Source: Camelus ferus (lineage: Eukaryota). From it: a stretch of DNA of 64,000 nt. Where the stretch lies: the NCBI RefSeq assembly GCF_009834535.1, contig NC_045696.1:25608001-25672000 (forward strand), given 5' to 3'. Under the pieces are notes generated by a model that was not told where the DNA came from, did no database searches, and saw only the letters and a list, made by a program, of their open reading frames with translations. The translations under genes and the position numbers were made by a program. This document shows, in pieces, positions 63,801 to 64,000 of this stretch; the first letter of the stretch is position 1, and each line of letters begins with the position of its first letter.

Positions 63801-64000
63801 TGACATGCTTGATATACAGGAAGTTTTAAAGATCAATAAAATATGAATAAATATTAAAAATAACAAAATACTACATAAAATATAATTAATATGGAAATAA
63901 TTCAGTCTCACTAGAAATCAAAACAAAAGTATGTATGTTTTCATCTACTTTTAAATTTGTTAATATTTATAACATTCAGGTGTGTTTTATTTTATTTTTA

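Noticed and set aside
1..64000. A novel multi-gene biological system
   Set aside because: No intact coding genes, arrays or organised repeat architecture are visible. The structure is explained by ordinary mammalian TEs and non-coding DNA.

Overview
AT-rich, CpG-depleted mammalian nuclear DNA that reads as deep intron or intergenic sequence. I cannot support any intact protein-coding gene, RNA gene, CpG island or prokaryote-type system (CRISPR, operon, phage) here. A large part of the window is a layered record of transposable elements: ancient MIR and L2; eutherian DNA transposons (MER5, MER20, MER58, MER63, MER94, MER102-like, Tigger6-like); MaLR/ERVL LTRs; old L1M 3' ends; and younger insertions with visible target-site duplications (a tRNA-derived SINE at 4924-5054, two related L1 3' ends at 17.6 and 50-51.5 kb, and a 568-bp ERV1-type solo LTR at 20596-21163). 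The SINE and L1 tails look camelid (Vic-1-like SINE), and I saw no Alu, B1, Bov-A/BovB, PRE-1 or CanSINE. The only recognisable protein sequence is the frameshifted C-terminus of L1 ORF2. Repeat-poor stretches (about 26-29.4, 37.3-44.8 and 55-63.9 kb) carry splice-site-flanked candidate exons, motif clusters, perfect hairpins and one G-quadruplex motif, all reported as low-to-moderate-interest leads. Repeat family names come from my recollection of consensus sequences, not a database search, and boundaries of old repeats are approximate. I found no convincing novel biological system.
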